In this document: in pieces, positions 51,362 through 63,700 of the stretch | How positions within the stretch are numbered: position 1 is the first letter of the stretch | How the letters are laid out: each line of letters starts with the position of its first letter | NCBI GenBank assembly: GCA_038087875.1 | Contig: CM075988.1 | Span: 9,116,001 to 9,180,000 of the forward strand | Length of the DNA stretch: 64,000 bases | Origin: Malacoraja senta | Taxonomy: Eukaryota | Direction: 5' to 3' | Translations under genes and position numbers: made by a program | The notes under the pieces: model-generated | Database searches by the model: none | What the model saw: only the letters and a program-made list of their open reading frames with translations | Told to the model about the DNA's origin: nothing

Positions 51362-52440
51362 TGAATAATAATAATAATAATAAATATATTTTTATAGCAC
51401 ATTTAAAAACAACTCACGTTGACCAAAGTGCTTCACATCAGTGCAGGCATTAATTTGATACATACAACGGTAGACAGACCTAACAATACATACATAAGCT
51501 GTTTACAACGCCCCCTCAGAGGGGCTTTAAAATGCTAGGGAGTAGAAATAGGTTTTGGGTCGTGACTTAAAGGAGTCGATGGTGGGGGCAGTTCTGATGA
51601 GGAGTGAGATGCTATTCCACACTTTTGGGTGCTGCAACCGCAAAAGCGCGGTCACCCCTGAGCTTAAACCTAGACTGCGGGATAATCAGTAGCCCCAAGT
51701 CGGCCAACCTGAGGGACCTGGAGGTAGAATGGTGGGTTAGAAGATTTCATATATGGGGGGGGCAAGCCCGTTAAGGGCCTTGTAAACGTATAAGAGGAGC
51801 TTGAAGTTGATTCTATACCGTACTGGGAGCCAGTGGAGAGAGGCCAGGATCGGGGTGATGTGGTTCCTTTTACGGGTACCCGTCAGAAGTCTTACTGTGG
51901 CGTTTTGGACCAATTGCAGACGGGGATAGGGATGATTGACAGATGCCAGTGTATAGGGATTTGCAGTAGTCAAGGCGGGAAAAGATGAATGTGTGGATTA
52001 ATTTTTCAAGGTCGTCGAATTTGAGGAATGATTTGATTTTAGCTATTGTACGAAGCTGGAAGAAACCAGCTTTTACCACAGAGTTGACTTGCTTGTCAAA
52101 CTTTAATGCAGAGTCAAATATCATGCCAAGGTTTTTGACGTGCGGTTTGACTAAGGAGGTTAGGCTTCCAAGGCTGCCTGTTATCCTTTTGATGGGGTCA
52201 GAGGGACCAAGTAGGATGACCTCAGACTTGCTCTCGTTAATTTGGAGGAAGTTCTGAGCCATCCAGCATTTTAAATCATCGAGGCAGTGCATGAGGCTGT
52301 TTAAATTAGACCTGTTGTTGGGTTTCAGGGGGAGATAGAGCTGTGTATCATCTGCATAGCAGTGGAAAGAAATGCCATGCCTTTGAATGACTTGGCCGAG
52401 GGGGAGAATGTTGAGAGAGAAGAGAATGGGGCCTAGGAAG
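51362..52440 (-). mobile_element. L2-clade LINE, 3' ~1.1 kb
   Basis: FHCYADDTQLY at about 52340-52372; WMAQNFLQINESKSEV, SRLDYC, LQLVQNA..RLLTG, HITPILASLHWLP; (tta)n tail. Confidence 0.93.
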
Positions 52441-52629
52441 GAGAGGTAAAGGATGATGAAACCAGATGGAGGAAGAGATTGAGGTATGAGTGTCGTGGGT
52501 AGTGGGATTATGGAACCAGGAGGGGCAAGGGGACAACAATTTGTGATGGGGGTCTGGGAGAGTATGGGAAAGAGAACAACAATGGCAGGATCAAGTATGG
52601 ATCAAAAGGGGAGAGAAAGGGGAGCACAG

Positions 52630-53005
52630 GAGGTGAGGATTACCTGAAATTGGAAAATTCAATGTTCACACATTGGATTGTGGACCATCCAGGTGAATTA
52701 CGAGGTGTTGTTTTTCTAGTTTGCATTTGGCCTCTGGCAGTGAAGAAGGCCAAGGATAGATGGATAGGGTGTCGAAATGGGAAGGGTAGTTGAAGTAGTT
52801 TACAATCGGGATCATGGAATGGCAATTGAGGACAAGATCTCTGCAAACTAGTTATCGTCAGCAAGAAGCTTTCCTATTGTCTGAAGAAGGATTCCAACCC
52901 GAAATGTCACCTATCCATGTTCTCCAGAGATGCTGCCTGACCCGCTGAGTTACTCCAGCACTTTGTGTATTTTTGTGGAAACCAGATTCTGCAGTTGCTT
53001 GATTC
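52630..53005 (-). mobile_element. Penelope-like GIY-YIG fragment plus a plus-strand pLTR with a hammerhead-like motif (52881-52908)
   Basis: ORF 52640..52864 ends VNIEFSNFR*; ctgaagaaggattccaacccgaaatgtc. Confidence 0.7.
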
Positions 53006-55541
53006 TAGTTTTCCCATAGTGGTGGAAATATTGACACCGAATGATCAGGGCAGAGAATTAAACACAGCAAATCGAGTGAAAACAGAGTGGTGGAACTGTT
53101 ACATTTTGTAGACCTGCCATATTAGCAAAAGGGTCCAATGGTAAGGATACAATATTCAGTGAGAAGGGCAGGGGTTATGAGGCTGAACATAAAATAATAC
53201 CGGTATTTGCCAAATAATACTTCCACAAAGGATAAAACTCACCATTGTCCTTTGATTTAAGATATAACACAGTAAGAGCCAGATTAATAACTCCCTAAGT
53301 GAAATGAATGTGCATGGTAGGACCACAGAGCAACATTTTTTAAACATCAGAGATAGAGGAAAATAAAGTCTAACAAACATGTGTACAATGTTTCAGGAAT
53401 TGGTGGACTTGTTGAAGAATCAATTTGACCCAAAGGCATATTAGATTATGCAAAGGTTTAAGTTGAATAAAATCAGTGCAAATCTTTTACCTGAAAATGA
53501 TCAGTAAACCTCAATGCCATCCACTCATCCAAATCATTAATGATGATTCTGAATAGAAGGGGCCCCAGTATTGATCCTTGTGGCATCTCACTGGTCATGG
53601 TGTACTAACTCAAAAATGCACAAAGTGCTGAAGTAACTCTGTGGGTCAGGTAGCATCTCTGGCAAACATGGACAGGTGACTTTTTGGGTCAGGACTTTCT
53701 GGTTCCTCAATCAATACACCACCTGCAATTCTGTGTGCTCCAATTTTGTTCAATAATCTCTTCTGCAGAACTTTATCAAAGGCCTTCTGAAAGTTGAAAT
53801 CCACCATATCCACTATTTCTGGATTGAGCATTCTGCAAGGTCCAATCTCAAAACATTCCACCAAATGTCAATGTTATCAAGAAATATTAGGTAAGAATTA
53901 GCATGTATCAGAAAAAGTACAAATCTCCTTTGATATTAGGAATTCTGACAAATATGTTACTGAGGTAAATAGTTTTCTCTTTGACTGCCATGGAGCCACA
54001 CTGAGGAATCTAAAGTCAGATTCCTGCTGTATTGCTGTCAGTCCTTTGCAAGAGACCTTGCATGTTGAATGAGTGATCATTGTGATTTATACATTGAAGT
54101 AACTCTGATCTGCCTGGATTAATAATGCAGGGTTCAGGGAATTGGGAGGCCCTTTGAGTTTGACCTCAGTTGTAACATGAAGTTTCCAGTGGGTTAGAGG
54201 TTTTCTGTTTGTTAATGACAAATGTTCTAAACCAAATCATTTGGGAGATGTACTACAATTTCTGATGGATTCAAAGCTTGGGGATATTTGATTATAAAAG
54301 CAGTTATCTTATATTTTATGCATTATCCACCTGGTGAAGAGACAACAGTGCTTTGAGGGTTCACAGAGGACGAATGCAGACAACTCCATGAACAGCAATC
54401 ACACAGGATGCATACCTTAGAGATGGAAGCCATGTTATCTGTGGTGGCTGGCAGACAGAAAAACAGGCAGACAGGCATGCATGGAGCTGCGTACACGAAC
54501 ACACACCTGGCCATTAATCCAGGCAAAACTGAAAATGCTTGTCCTTATCCTGGAAAGAAAAATAGCCTGCATGATTTACACTTTGTCCATTACACTCAAA
54601 ATACACTTCCTCCATCACAGTAATCAGCAACTGAACCATCCTACCAACAACTAGAGAACAGCCCTGAGCTACTATCTACCTCATACCTTATACCTGTACG
54701 TAGGATGAGAGCAGTGTTGGGCAAATTTACCATTTATAGTGGAATCTTTAACATCAACCGAAGTTGACAGATGAGTAAAAAGTGGAACCTATCATTTGAG
54801 GTACAGCCTCACTGATAAAGAAATGTTCTCTCAATGCTCCACTGGCACATCAACCGTCGATGTCGTTAATACCTTGGACGTGAAAGTGCTACTAATTGAC
54901 TCATTTATAGGAAGCCATTATGAATAATGAATTCAGAAAAAAAACAATTTATAGCCCATGCGATTGAATAGGTTTGAATGTGAAATACATATGGAGCATG
55001 AATTGTGATTAAATGCTCCGTCTTCAAAATCAATGAAAGGTGAACTCCATTGAAAGAGTACACAGTTTTTCATTTAGACTGATTTTCAAATTAACAATAA
55101 AGCCAACTGATGAAGGCCAAACTAAATTTCAGAAGTGGACAGTATCAGTGTGCAAATATCAAGGTAAATTATAGAAGTGTAATTTGCAGATCAGCCATGA
55201 ATGACACACGGGATTTTTGCCTATTGAGAACACGGTTACAGTTCTTCGTTAATTTTCCAGGCCAAACACAATGCTCTGCTACAAAATGCTCCTCTAAAGA
55301 CATATTTCGCGGAAGATTGTGAATTGGCACATCTATGCTATTTTGTTTCAAACTTAGATTGCAGCAGACAGTTGTACAGTCCACCAGGCAGTTGTACACA
55401 CAGAATGTCCTGCAGAAGAGGAACACAATGTATTCTGTGTGATGGTTTCCCAAGCAGATTGTCAAAACTATTTGGCAAAATATTCTCCCTGTAAGATCCT
55501 TCCTGTAAAGTCATCGTCTTATTTGCAATGCACATTGCCCG

Positions 55542-55542
55542 C

Positions 55543-55593
<51 letters not shown>

Positions 55594-55608
55594 CGAGAGA
55601 GAGAGAGA
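55542..55608. repeat. (GA)n microsatellite
   Basis: gagagagaga run. Confidence 0.95.
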
Positions 55609-56027
55609 GCTGCTGTACAGATGCCATAAAGGTCCACCTCTTTGCGGTCTGAGCATTTGCAAAGTATGCCTGGGAAAGGATGCTTAGTTTAGTTAATTAT
55701 CATGAGGGACCTGGTCGAGGTTGTTGCAGGCAGCTTGTATCAGAGGACTCTGATCTAAGGGGTTGTCCCAGAGACACATATTGAGACAAGCATTTCAAGA
55801 TATCTACCTCCCATCAATTAAATTGCTGAGAGTGGGTAAATTGAACAATTGAACGGTTCAATCCTGAGATTTGTAGACAAGGATATGATGAAACATTCAA
55901 GCCAGTGAACCATTAAAAGCACAGCCATAACTTCGCTCACTAATGGAACAGGTCGCAAGAGTTATTCTTAATGGAGGTTGTTCAACAGGATTTGTTTGAA
56001 ATGGTGTTCATCTTTGAAGAAGTGCCA

Positions 56028-56340
56028 GGCGGGAAGGTGGTGCAGCGGTAGAGCTGCTGCCTTACAGCACCAGAGACCCGGATCCGATCCAGACTACAGG
56101 TGCTTGTCTGTACGGAGTCTGTACGTTCTCCCCGTGACCTGCCTAGGGTTTCTCCGAGATCTCCGGTTTCCTCCCACACTCCAAAGACGTACAGGTTTGT
56201 AGGCTAATTGGCTTGATATAATTGTAAATTGTCCCAAGTATGTGTAGGATAGTGTCCTGCAAGTGTGCAGGGTTCGCTGGTTGGTGCATACTCGGTGGGC
56301 AGAAGGGCTGTTTCTGCGTTATATCTCTAAACTAAACTAA
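56028..56340 (+). mobile_element. HE1-type SINE
   Basis: ggtggtgcagcggtagagctgctgcc head; ctctaaactaaactaa tail. Confidence 0.85.
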
Positions 56341-57019
56341 AGAAGAAGAGTCTGAAGAAAGGTCTTGACTTGAAACATTACCTATTCCATTTCTCCCGAG
56401 ATGCTGCCTGACCCGCTGAGTTACTCCAGCATTTGTGTCAATCTTCATCTTTCACTGTTGGGATGGTGTAAACTATAGATCAGCATTAACAGTTCTAAGT
56501 CTGAGTGGGTAACTTTACCTGTAGGGAGGGTTGAAAGATGTGATCAGATGCCCCCCCAGGTAGTTACCTTTGTACATTGCCTACACCAACACTGCTTGTC
56601 AGACTCTCACCGACCTTGTCGAAGCCCTTACAAATTTCCGAGTGATACCTCTGTCATTATGTTTCATCACCAATTACGGTAGGACATTGGGTGAAGATTG
56701 GAGGTTTTTCCACTTGGATCGCTGACATCCCATGGTCAAAAGAGTCAGAAGTGTTTTATTGTCATGTGTCCCATGTACAATTTTACTTCGGAGTCACGTG
56801 AGTGACTACGTGAAGAAGATCCGTCAGGGTGCATGCGCGTCATTACGTCGGACGCATTGGCGCACGGACCAGTGGGAGGACAGAGCTCCTCCTGTGGTAA
56901 GTACTTTTGAAGTACTTTTAAAGTAGTTTTAAAACTCCAGCTAAGTGGGAAACTTAGCTGGAGTGAAAAGTTCCTTTGCTGTGGTGCTGTGCTCTGTGTT
57001 TTTTGTTACAGGCAGCACA

Positions 57020-58393
57020 ATGGTGAAGACGAGCAGGGGGAGGGAAGCCGCAGGTAAAGCATAGGAGAGCCGCGGGAATGCGGTCTGTGAGCGGCTGCCT
57101 CGTACACCTGCACAGTCGCCGACCGGGAGCGGGGCGACTTCAGACTTAGTGCTAAAAAGCACCAAAGCCAACGCCAGTCGGGAGTAAGGCACGGGGAAGT
57201 CTAGGAGGCCCTGGGACTCAACTGAGTCGGGCCACAACGAGCCTGTACGGGGCTGGAGACGTTTATTAAATGGTTCTCCCAAATGGAGCACCTCATTCAG
57301 AGGTTGCTCCAGGAACGCAAACTCCGGGGGGAGGAGTCATGTGGGCGGTAGGCTGCAGAAAGGCCACGCCAGCAGCACCTGGTAGAGGGCTGCTTAAAGC
57401 ACCCTCATGCATGAGCTGAGTGCAGAGGGTCAGCTAAGTTCTGACCCCGACTCTGACGGAGACTTGGAACTTAGCGAAGAACGGCCGTTGTCAGAGGTCC
57501 ATTCTCTGGCAGCACGAATCGCTGTCCCGTCAGAGTATGGAGTGCCACTGGGAGAAGAGCTGGCCTCCACGATATAGAGGCTGCTGGATAGCACCCTCAT
57601 TGAATAGGCGCTTGCAGAGGGTCAGCTCAGTTCTGACCCGACTCTGACGGAGACTTTGTTGACTAGCGAAGAACGGCCGTTGTCAGAGGTCCATTCTCTG
57701 GCAGCACGATTCGCTGTCCCGTCAGAGTATGGAGTGCCACTAGGAAAGCGAAGACGGCCGTTGTCAGAGTTCCCATCTCTGGCAGTACGATTCGCTGTCC
57801 AGTCAGAGTCTGGAATCACCAAGAAACAGAAGACCCGGGTAACTGCGAGTTGCTGAAAGTGCCAGCAGTGAACCGGGTGATATGGAGCCAGATGGACGTG
57901 GGCGTGCAGTGCCCAGGAGATGAAGCTGCAGAGAATCCTGAAATTACTTGGCTCAGGAATCACGGCGTTCGTGAGAACGGTGGATGGAGGGCATGTGTCG
58001 GAGACGCAGCAAGAGGTACAAGGGTTGCTTTGTAGCACCCATTTTGAGATAAATTGTCTCAGGGAAAGCGTCATTCGGCCCACCATTAATCCCAAGATTG
58101 CAGTATTTTTCCAGCCCAGCAACATACAGCCGGCCAACCTACTCTTCGGAGAGGACCTCGCCAAGAGTGTCAAGGACATGGATGACGAGGCAAAGATGGT
58201 GGACTTGATCAAGCCACCAGCAGTCGGCAAGTTTACAAAAAAGAAAGTACCCCTACAAACGAGGCTTGACCAGGAACAAGTCGGCCGGCAATGCAGATGC
58301 GCAGGTGCATTCTGCAACGGGAACAAAGTCAAAAATTGGCTTTCCCGCCAAGGAGCCGGGGACAACGTCATCCACCAGGTACCAAGGAGGTAG
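57020..58393 (+). pseudogene. DIRS gag-like ORF remnant
   Basis: ORF 57920..58393 (KLQRILKLL...LRESVIRPTINP...LLFGEDLAKSVK) lies upstream of RT; the earlier part has stops and an internal duplication. Confidence 0.65.
57422..57815 (+). repeat. ~192-bp internal duplication plus a partial third unit
   Basis: gcagagggtcagct..gttctgaccc...gagtatggagtgccact at 57422 and about 57615; agcgaagacggccgttgtcagag again at about 57747. Confidence 0.9.
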
Positions 58394-58399
58394 GTGGGC

Positions 58400-60060
58400 C
58401 TGGTTCTCAGGTGCACATATCAAATGTGACACAATTTAAATCTGGGGTACATTAAATCTGTTCTGGGATGAATGGAAGCAAATTACCTCAGCTCTGTTTA
58501 TACAGAGTGTTATTCAAAGGTTTCGAATGGAGTTCAATCCAAATTGTGATTTGCACATTCAGCATGTTCCTGGGAGAACTATTCAGTTTTCATTAACAGA
58601 ACAGATGGATGTTTAGACTGCGCTTGGAAGCTAAGGTGATAAAGGTGTAATTGTAAAGTTGGTTCACCAATCCCATCAATTTGTGTCTAATATTTTCCCA
58701 GGCCAAAAAAGGATGGGGGATGTAGTATAGACATTGTAAGATGGAATTGTCACTGCCAAACAACTGGGTCAAGAGGATGCTATATGGCTACTATAGAGCT
58801 TAAAGATGCGCATTACTCAATGTCTGTTTATTTGCAGGATAAGGATTTGAAATTCACCTGGATGGATCAACTATGGCAACAAAATTATTAAAACCTATAA
58901 TAGGCATGCAGAGAGGCCAGCGTCAGGTGCTAATGGCTTATCTCGATGATATCTTGATTACAGGGGTATCCAAGAGAACAGCTGAAGTAACCGGTGGTAG
59001 TTGTTAAATCCAATTTTCAAAGATTGGGCATTATCCATCCAGAGAAATCCAAATGAACACCTGACTATTTGGGTCACAATTGATTCAATTAAGTGACTCT
59101 GCCCAGGGAAAAAGGGTAGAGCTAATTGACAGCTGTATCAAGCTAATGGAGGCATTAAGGATACATTCGGGTCATTATAATAGACCCATGCATTTATCAG
59201 CAAAGGCTGTTTCTGATTTGCAATGGTGGATTGACCATGTGTCCAGGAGTTATAGCAAGGTAATGCTTGATCAGCCTTCCATGATTTTGCAGATGAATGT
59301 CAGTGCACTCGGGTGGGGTGTCACGGATACGAGTTTCAGCTGTGGAGGCAGATGGACTGAGCAAGAGGCATCGCTTCTGCAGACATGGGCAATTAACTAT
59401 TAAGAGGTTTTTATGGATAAGGCTTATTGCTCTAACAAAGGTAACCTGCATGTTCAGTTTCAGATTAACAATACTATGGCAGTGGCATATATATTAATCA
59501 CATCGGTGGAATCAAGTCGGTATTTTGTCACAGATTGGCTAATCAAATTTGGGCCTGGTGCATTGAAAAATATATTTCAGCTATTTATCTACCAGGTAGA
59601 TTCTACATAGTAGCAGACGCCAAGTCACGAAGGTACCATGACAACACAGATTGGATGTTGAACGAGGAGGTGTTCAATAATATAGTACTTATATATAAAT
59701 GCCAGATATCGATTTGTTTTGCATCAAGGTTCAACCATCAGCAGCCTAAATAGGTTTCATGGGAACCAGACCAGGGGGCAGTTGCAATTGATACTTTGTC
59801 GTTACATTGAGGTGGTATGTTTTATATATTTCCTACCATTTTGCCTAATAGGTCGGAGTCTGCAAGAAATCAAGCAGGATGCCGCTTTGGGGGTGCTTGT
59901 AATACCTAATTGGCCGAATCAAGCCTGGTTCCCTTTGATGTTACAGGGATCCAACCTCTTTTTGGTGGTTCCCAAGCGTAGGAATTTACTGGAGCATCCG
60001 CTAACACGGGAAAGTCATCCGTTATGTGATCGTATTGACTTGTTAATTTGCAGGTTTTAA
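58400..60060 (+). pseudogene. DIRS RT / RNase H / methyltransferase-like region
   Basis: LKDAHYS (about 58800), MAYLDDILI (YLDD at 58939-58950), VSALGWG, NNTMAVAYI, FASRFN, FLPFCLIGRSLQEIKQD...IPNWPNQAWFP. Confidence 0.9.
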
Positions 60061-60099
60061 GAAGGCCATACCTGGGGCAAGGACTGTCTGGGCGAACGG

Positions 60100-61010
60100 T
60101 GGACATGCTCACTGTAGCCTGGAGAAAGAGTACTCAAAAGGGGTATATTAAGTAAAAAAATGGGAGCAATATTGTGTACAAAATAATATTGACTATAGTA
60201 CTGCAGGTATTGTGCATATGTTAGAGTTCTTGTTGACACTCTACGATCATGAGGGGCTCAGTTATAGCACCATTAATACAGCTTTAAGTGCTTTGTTTTC
60301 AATTCAATTCAATTCAATTTGTCCTCGTATGGTTTTGATGGGGTCAGGAAAGATCCTATTGGGTTTCATCATATCATAGCTGGAATGATGAAAGGAATTT
60401 CAACTCTAAACCTCCTAAACCCAGGTATATGGCGATCTGGGATGTAAGTGTGGTCCTCAAGATGCTTCGACAGTAGGTTCCTGTCACGTCTCTGAAATTG
60501 CCAAACTAATCATGAAAGTGGTTATGCTCATGGCATTGGTTCAGCATAGCAAGTGCAGATTTTGCAAAAGCTTCTGCTAGACAGGATGGAAGTTGCTGAA
60601 GAGAATGTTATGTTATATATCTGCGTCCTGCTCAAACAGAGCAGGCCAGGTGTCACAGGTTTGTTAAAATTGTGTTTCAGCATAACCTACTGATCCATGT
60701 TAATGTGTAATGGCACATTTATTTTCATTATATTGAAGCTACAAAGACCTTAAGAAATGTGGAGAAAGCATTGTTTATCAGTTACATGTAGCCACACAGG
60801 AGAATGTCAGTGCAGATTATCTCAAGATGGTTTAAAGCAAATGTTGATTCAGGCAGGTATTAACACTGAAGTGTATATATCCTTTTCCACTAGTGCAGCA
60901 GCAACGTCGTCGGCTAGGGCGATGGATGTTAACATCGGCCATATTCTTACAGGTGCCGGGTGGTCAAATGAATTGTTTAATTTTTTTTTTACCATCGGCT
61001 GATTGCCGAT
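60100..61010 (+). pseudogene. DIRS tyrosine recombinase remnant
   Basis: AGINT...STSAAATSSA...ILTGAGWSN matches the DIRS YR box II pattern (HSTR.AA.S...I...AGWS) with the catalytic H and R lost. Confidence 0.85.
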
Positions 61011-62109
61011 CGGCGAGAGGCTGTTTGCAAATTCAGGATTAAGTCCTGTTTAGTTTCCCCTGGGATAGAGGGGTTACTGTTTGTTTTGATTATTCAAATC
61101 AATTGTTACTGCATGATATTCAAATTTCATGTTTAACGCATTATTGATTGTTTCTCATCGAAAGTCAATCAATGCAGTGAGAAGCCGGGATTTGGATCTG
61201 CGGCATAAAATCACAGAGCTTTGAACCCTTCACGTAGTCACTCACGCGACTCCGAAGTAAAATAGTAAGATTAAACGAGAACTTACCAGTTTGAAGTTTG
61301 ATCTTTATTTTGTGAGGAGGTACGTTGGTGATTACGTGCCCGCCACGCCCAACCCTCTCTCATAAAAAGGTCATATGGTAGTTCTCATGTTGCTCATCTT
61401 ATTATGTTACTTCAAATATTGTGTTATCTGTGATTTCATACCGCTGCTTTGAAGATTGACGCGCATGCGCCCTGACGGGTCTTCTTCACGTGATCACCAA
61501 TGTAACTCCTCATAAAATAAGGATCAAACTTCAAACTGGTAAGTTCTCGTTTAATCTTACTATTCTTACTTGTAGCATCACAACAGAATATGTAAACATA
61601 GTACTCTGTAAACAATATAATAAACGAGAAACCAAGTTCAGTGTATATATATATATAAATGTTATATTTTCTAATTTTAAGTAACTTTACTAGCAAACCC
61701 CCTCCCGCTTGTCTCCTTTCTCCATGCTAGTCATTTAACTAGTTTCACAGTTCTCCACAATGTACCCCCCTTGAGATCACACCAGCAATTAAACATCATG
61801 CAGCATTTTTGTTTCCCAGACAAAATTACAGAAACATCTCACCACATGACCCCAGAGAGGTTCTTTTCTGCGATGTGTACCACAAGGGAAAGAAAATCGA
61901 CCTTCACATCATAATCGTTACCCTGTGCGTTGACCTGAAATAAAACTGTCATGATTGTATCGAGCCAAGTTTGATTTACTGTAACCTGGTGTTTCCAGAA
62001 GAGCAGACACATCTTGTGAAAGATTACTTACCTTTTACTCATTAGATATTCTTACTTCAAATCTTTTTTTTCTGTTAAATTTCATTTATTTTACCTGCTG
62101 TTTCTCTTC

Positions 62110-62432
62110 CCACCGACTCCACACTGACCATTAACCAACTAATCCGTCACTAATCTAATCCAATTTTCATCCTGCGATATTGAGATCAAATTCTCTCTCC
62201 CCCGCACCCCTTCCTCCAGCATTTCTCATCTATTTCGAGGCACTTTACAGGGGACAATTAACCTTCCAACCCACTAGTTCTTGGGACGTGAGAGGAAACG
62301 GGTGCACCCAGAGGAAAACCAAGTGTTCACAGTGAGAATGTGGAAGCTCTACATCAACAATAACCGAGGTGAAGATGAAACCTGGTTCTCTGGCATTGTG
62401 AGGTAGCGGCTCTACAAGCTGTGCCACTGCAC
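62110..62432 (-). mobile_element. HE1-type SINE (old)
   Basis: Minus-strand head tggcacagcttgtagag. Confidence 0.7.
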
Positions 62433-63393
62433 TGCTAACAATAAAAAAAAATCAACCTCTCCCCACCAGCCAGAGCCCATCCTTCGTCTTTTGGCCAGAG
62501 TCCTTTTGGGTTTCAGGATCACCCCAAAACTCAGTGTAGTGTGGGTTACTGCAAAACCAGGCTACTCACTGGATACAAAGGCCAGCAGATCACAGCTCCC
62601 AGTGGCACCCCAGTGAACCCCTATACCAGCGAGAAGGTGGTAAATTGTTGGCTGATTTTTCCAACCTGAAGCAAGTGTAAATTCCGGCAGTTGCCATAGT
62701 AACCACCAGCATCAAGGTTGAACTACCCAGACCAATGTGTTTTATTTCACCGGATGAGCCAACGAATAATATTGAAGCTCAACCATCCAAGCTTCTCATT
62801 AGAGCTAAAACAATTATTAGTGAAATTGAACTGAAAGACTATTTTTGCTGTTTGATTGTAAAGCGTAAACAGTCAATACACAGTTGATAAGCCTGTTTGG
62901 ATGTTGACTGCTTTTGAATTATCATGGAGGTTTGCACCAGAAATTAGATTAGCTGTTCTCTGTGATAAATTGCTGCAAATGCAAAGCCCAACTATTTTAT
63001 CTTGACAAAAGCTATCCCCTATTCTGAACCTTAGTGGATAATAAACAAACTTGGGCTTGGCAGCACCAATAGATTCCAAGAACCAATAAAACTGAAATAG
63101 TTCAGAAAAATAGCATCCACAGCCAGCATTAATGCATGGAATGTGCACACAGCACCATTAACATGATGAACCGTTCAACTGGGCTCACGGGAACATTCAG
63201 GCAACATTTGCTGCCAGGCAGCATTTTGAAGAATGCGAACAGGTAAGTGAGCCCTAGTTTAGTTTAACAATCTCGACCCGAAATGTCTCCTATTCCTTCT
63301 CTCCAGAGATGCTGCCTGTCCTGCTGAGTTACTCCAGCAGTTTTGTACCTACCTTTGATTTAAACCAGCATCTGCAGTTCTTTCCTGCACACC

Positions 63394-63700
63394 TAGTTTA
63401 GTTTAGTTTAGAGATAAAGCGCGGAAGCAGACCCTTCGGTCCACTGAGCCCGCACCAACCAGCGATCCCCACACATTAATACTACCCTACACACACTAGG
63501 TGCAATTTTACATTTATACCAAGCCAATTAACCGACAAACCTGTACGTCTTTGGAGTGTGGGAGGAAACCGGGGATCTCTGAGAAAACTCACGCAGGTCA
63601 CGGGGTGAACGTATAAATTCCGTACAGACAAGCACCCATAGTCAGGATTGAACCCGGGTCGCTCTAAGGCAGCAACTCTACCGCTAGCCAAACGTGCCGC
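63394..63700 (-). mobile_element. HE1-type SINE, preceded by a Penelope pLTR (63270-63392)
   Basis: tagtttagtttagaga tail; similar to 42408. Confidence 0.85.

Larger units (their letters stand above)
56780..61564 (+). mobile_element. DIRS1-type tyrosine recombinase retrotransposon, full-length, ORFs broken (copy B)
   Basis: Left ITR 56780-56842, ICR 61228-61338, right terminus 61457-61564; gag-like, RT, RNase H, MT and YR remnants in canonical order. Confidence 0.95.

Noticed and set aside
57622..58416. Longest ORF (264 aa, minus strand) as a gene
   Set aside because: It is the antisense shadow of the DIRS gag-like region and its internal duplication.
23194..61564. The two oppositely oriented DIRS copies as ends of one 38-kb composite element
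   Set aside because: Each copy has its own complete ends and an independent target site, and their bodies are strongly diverged.
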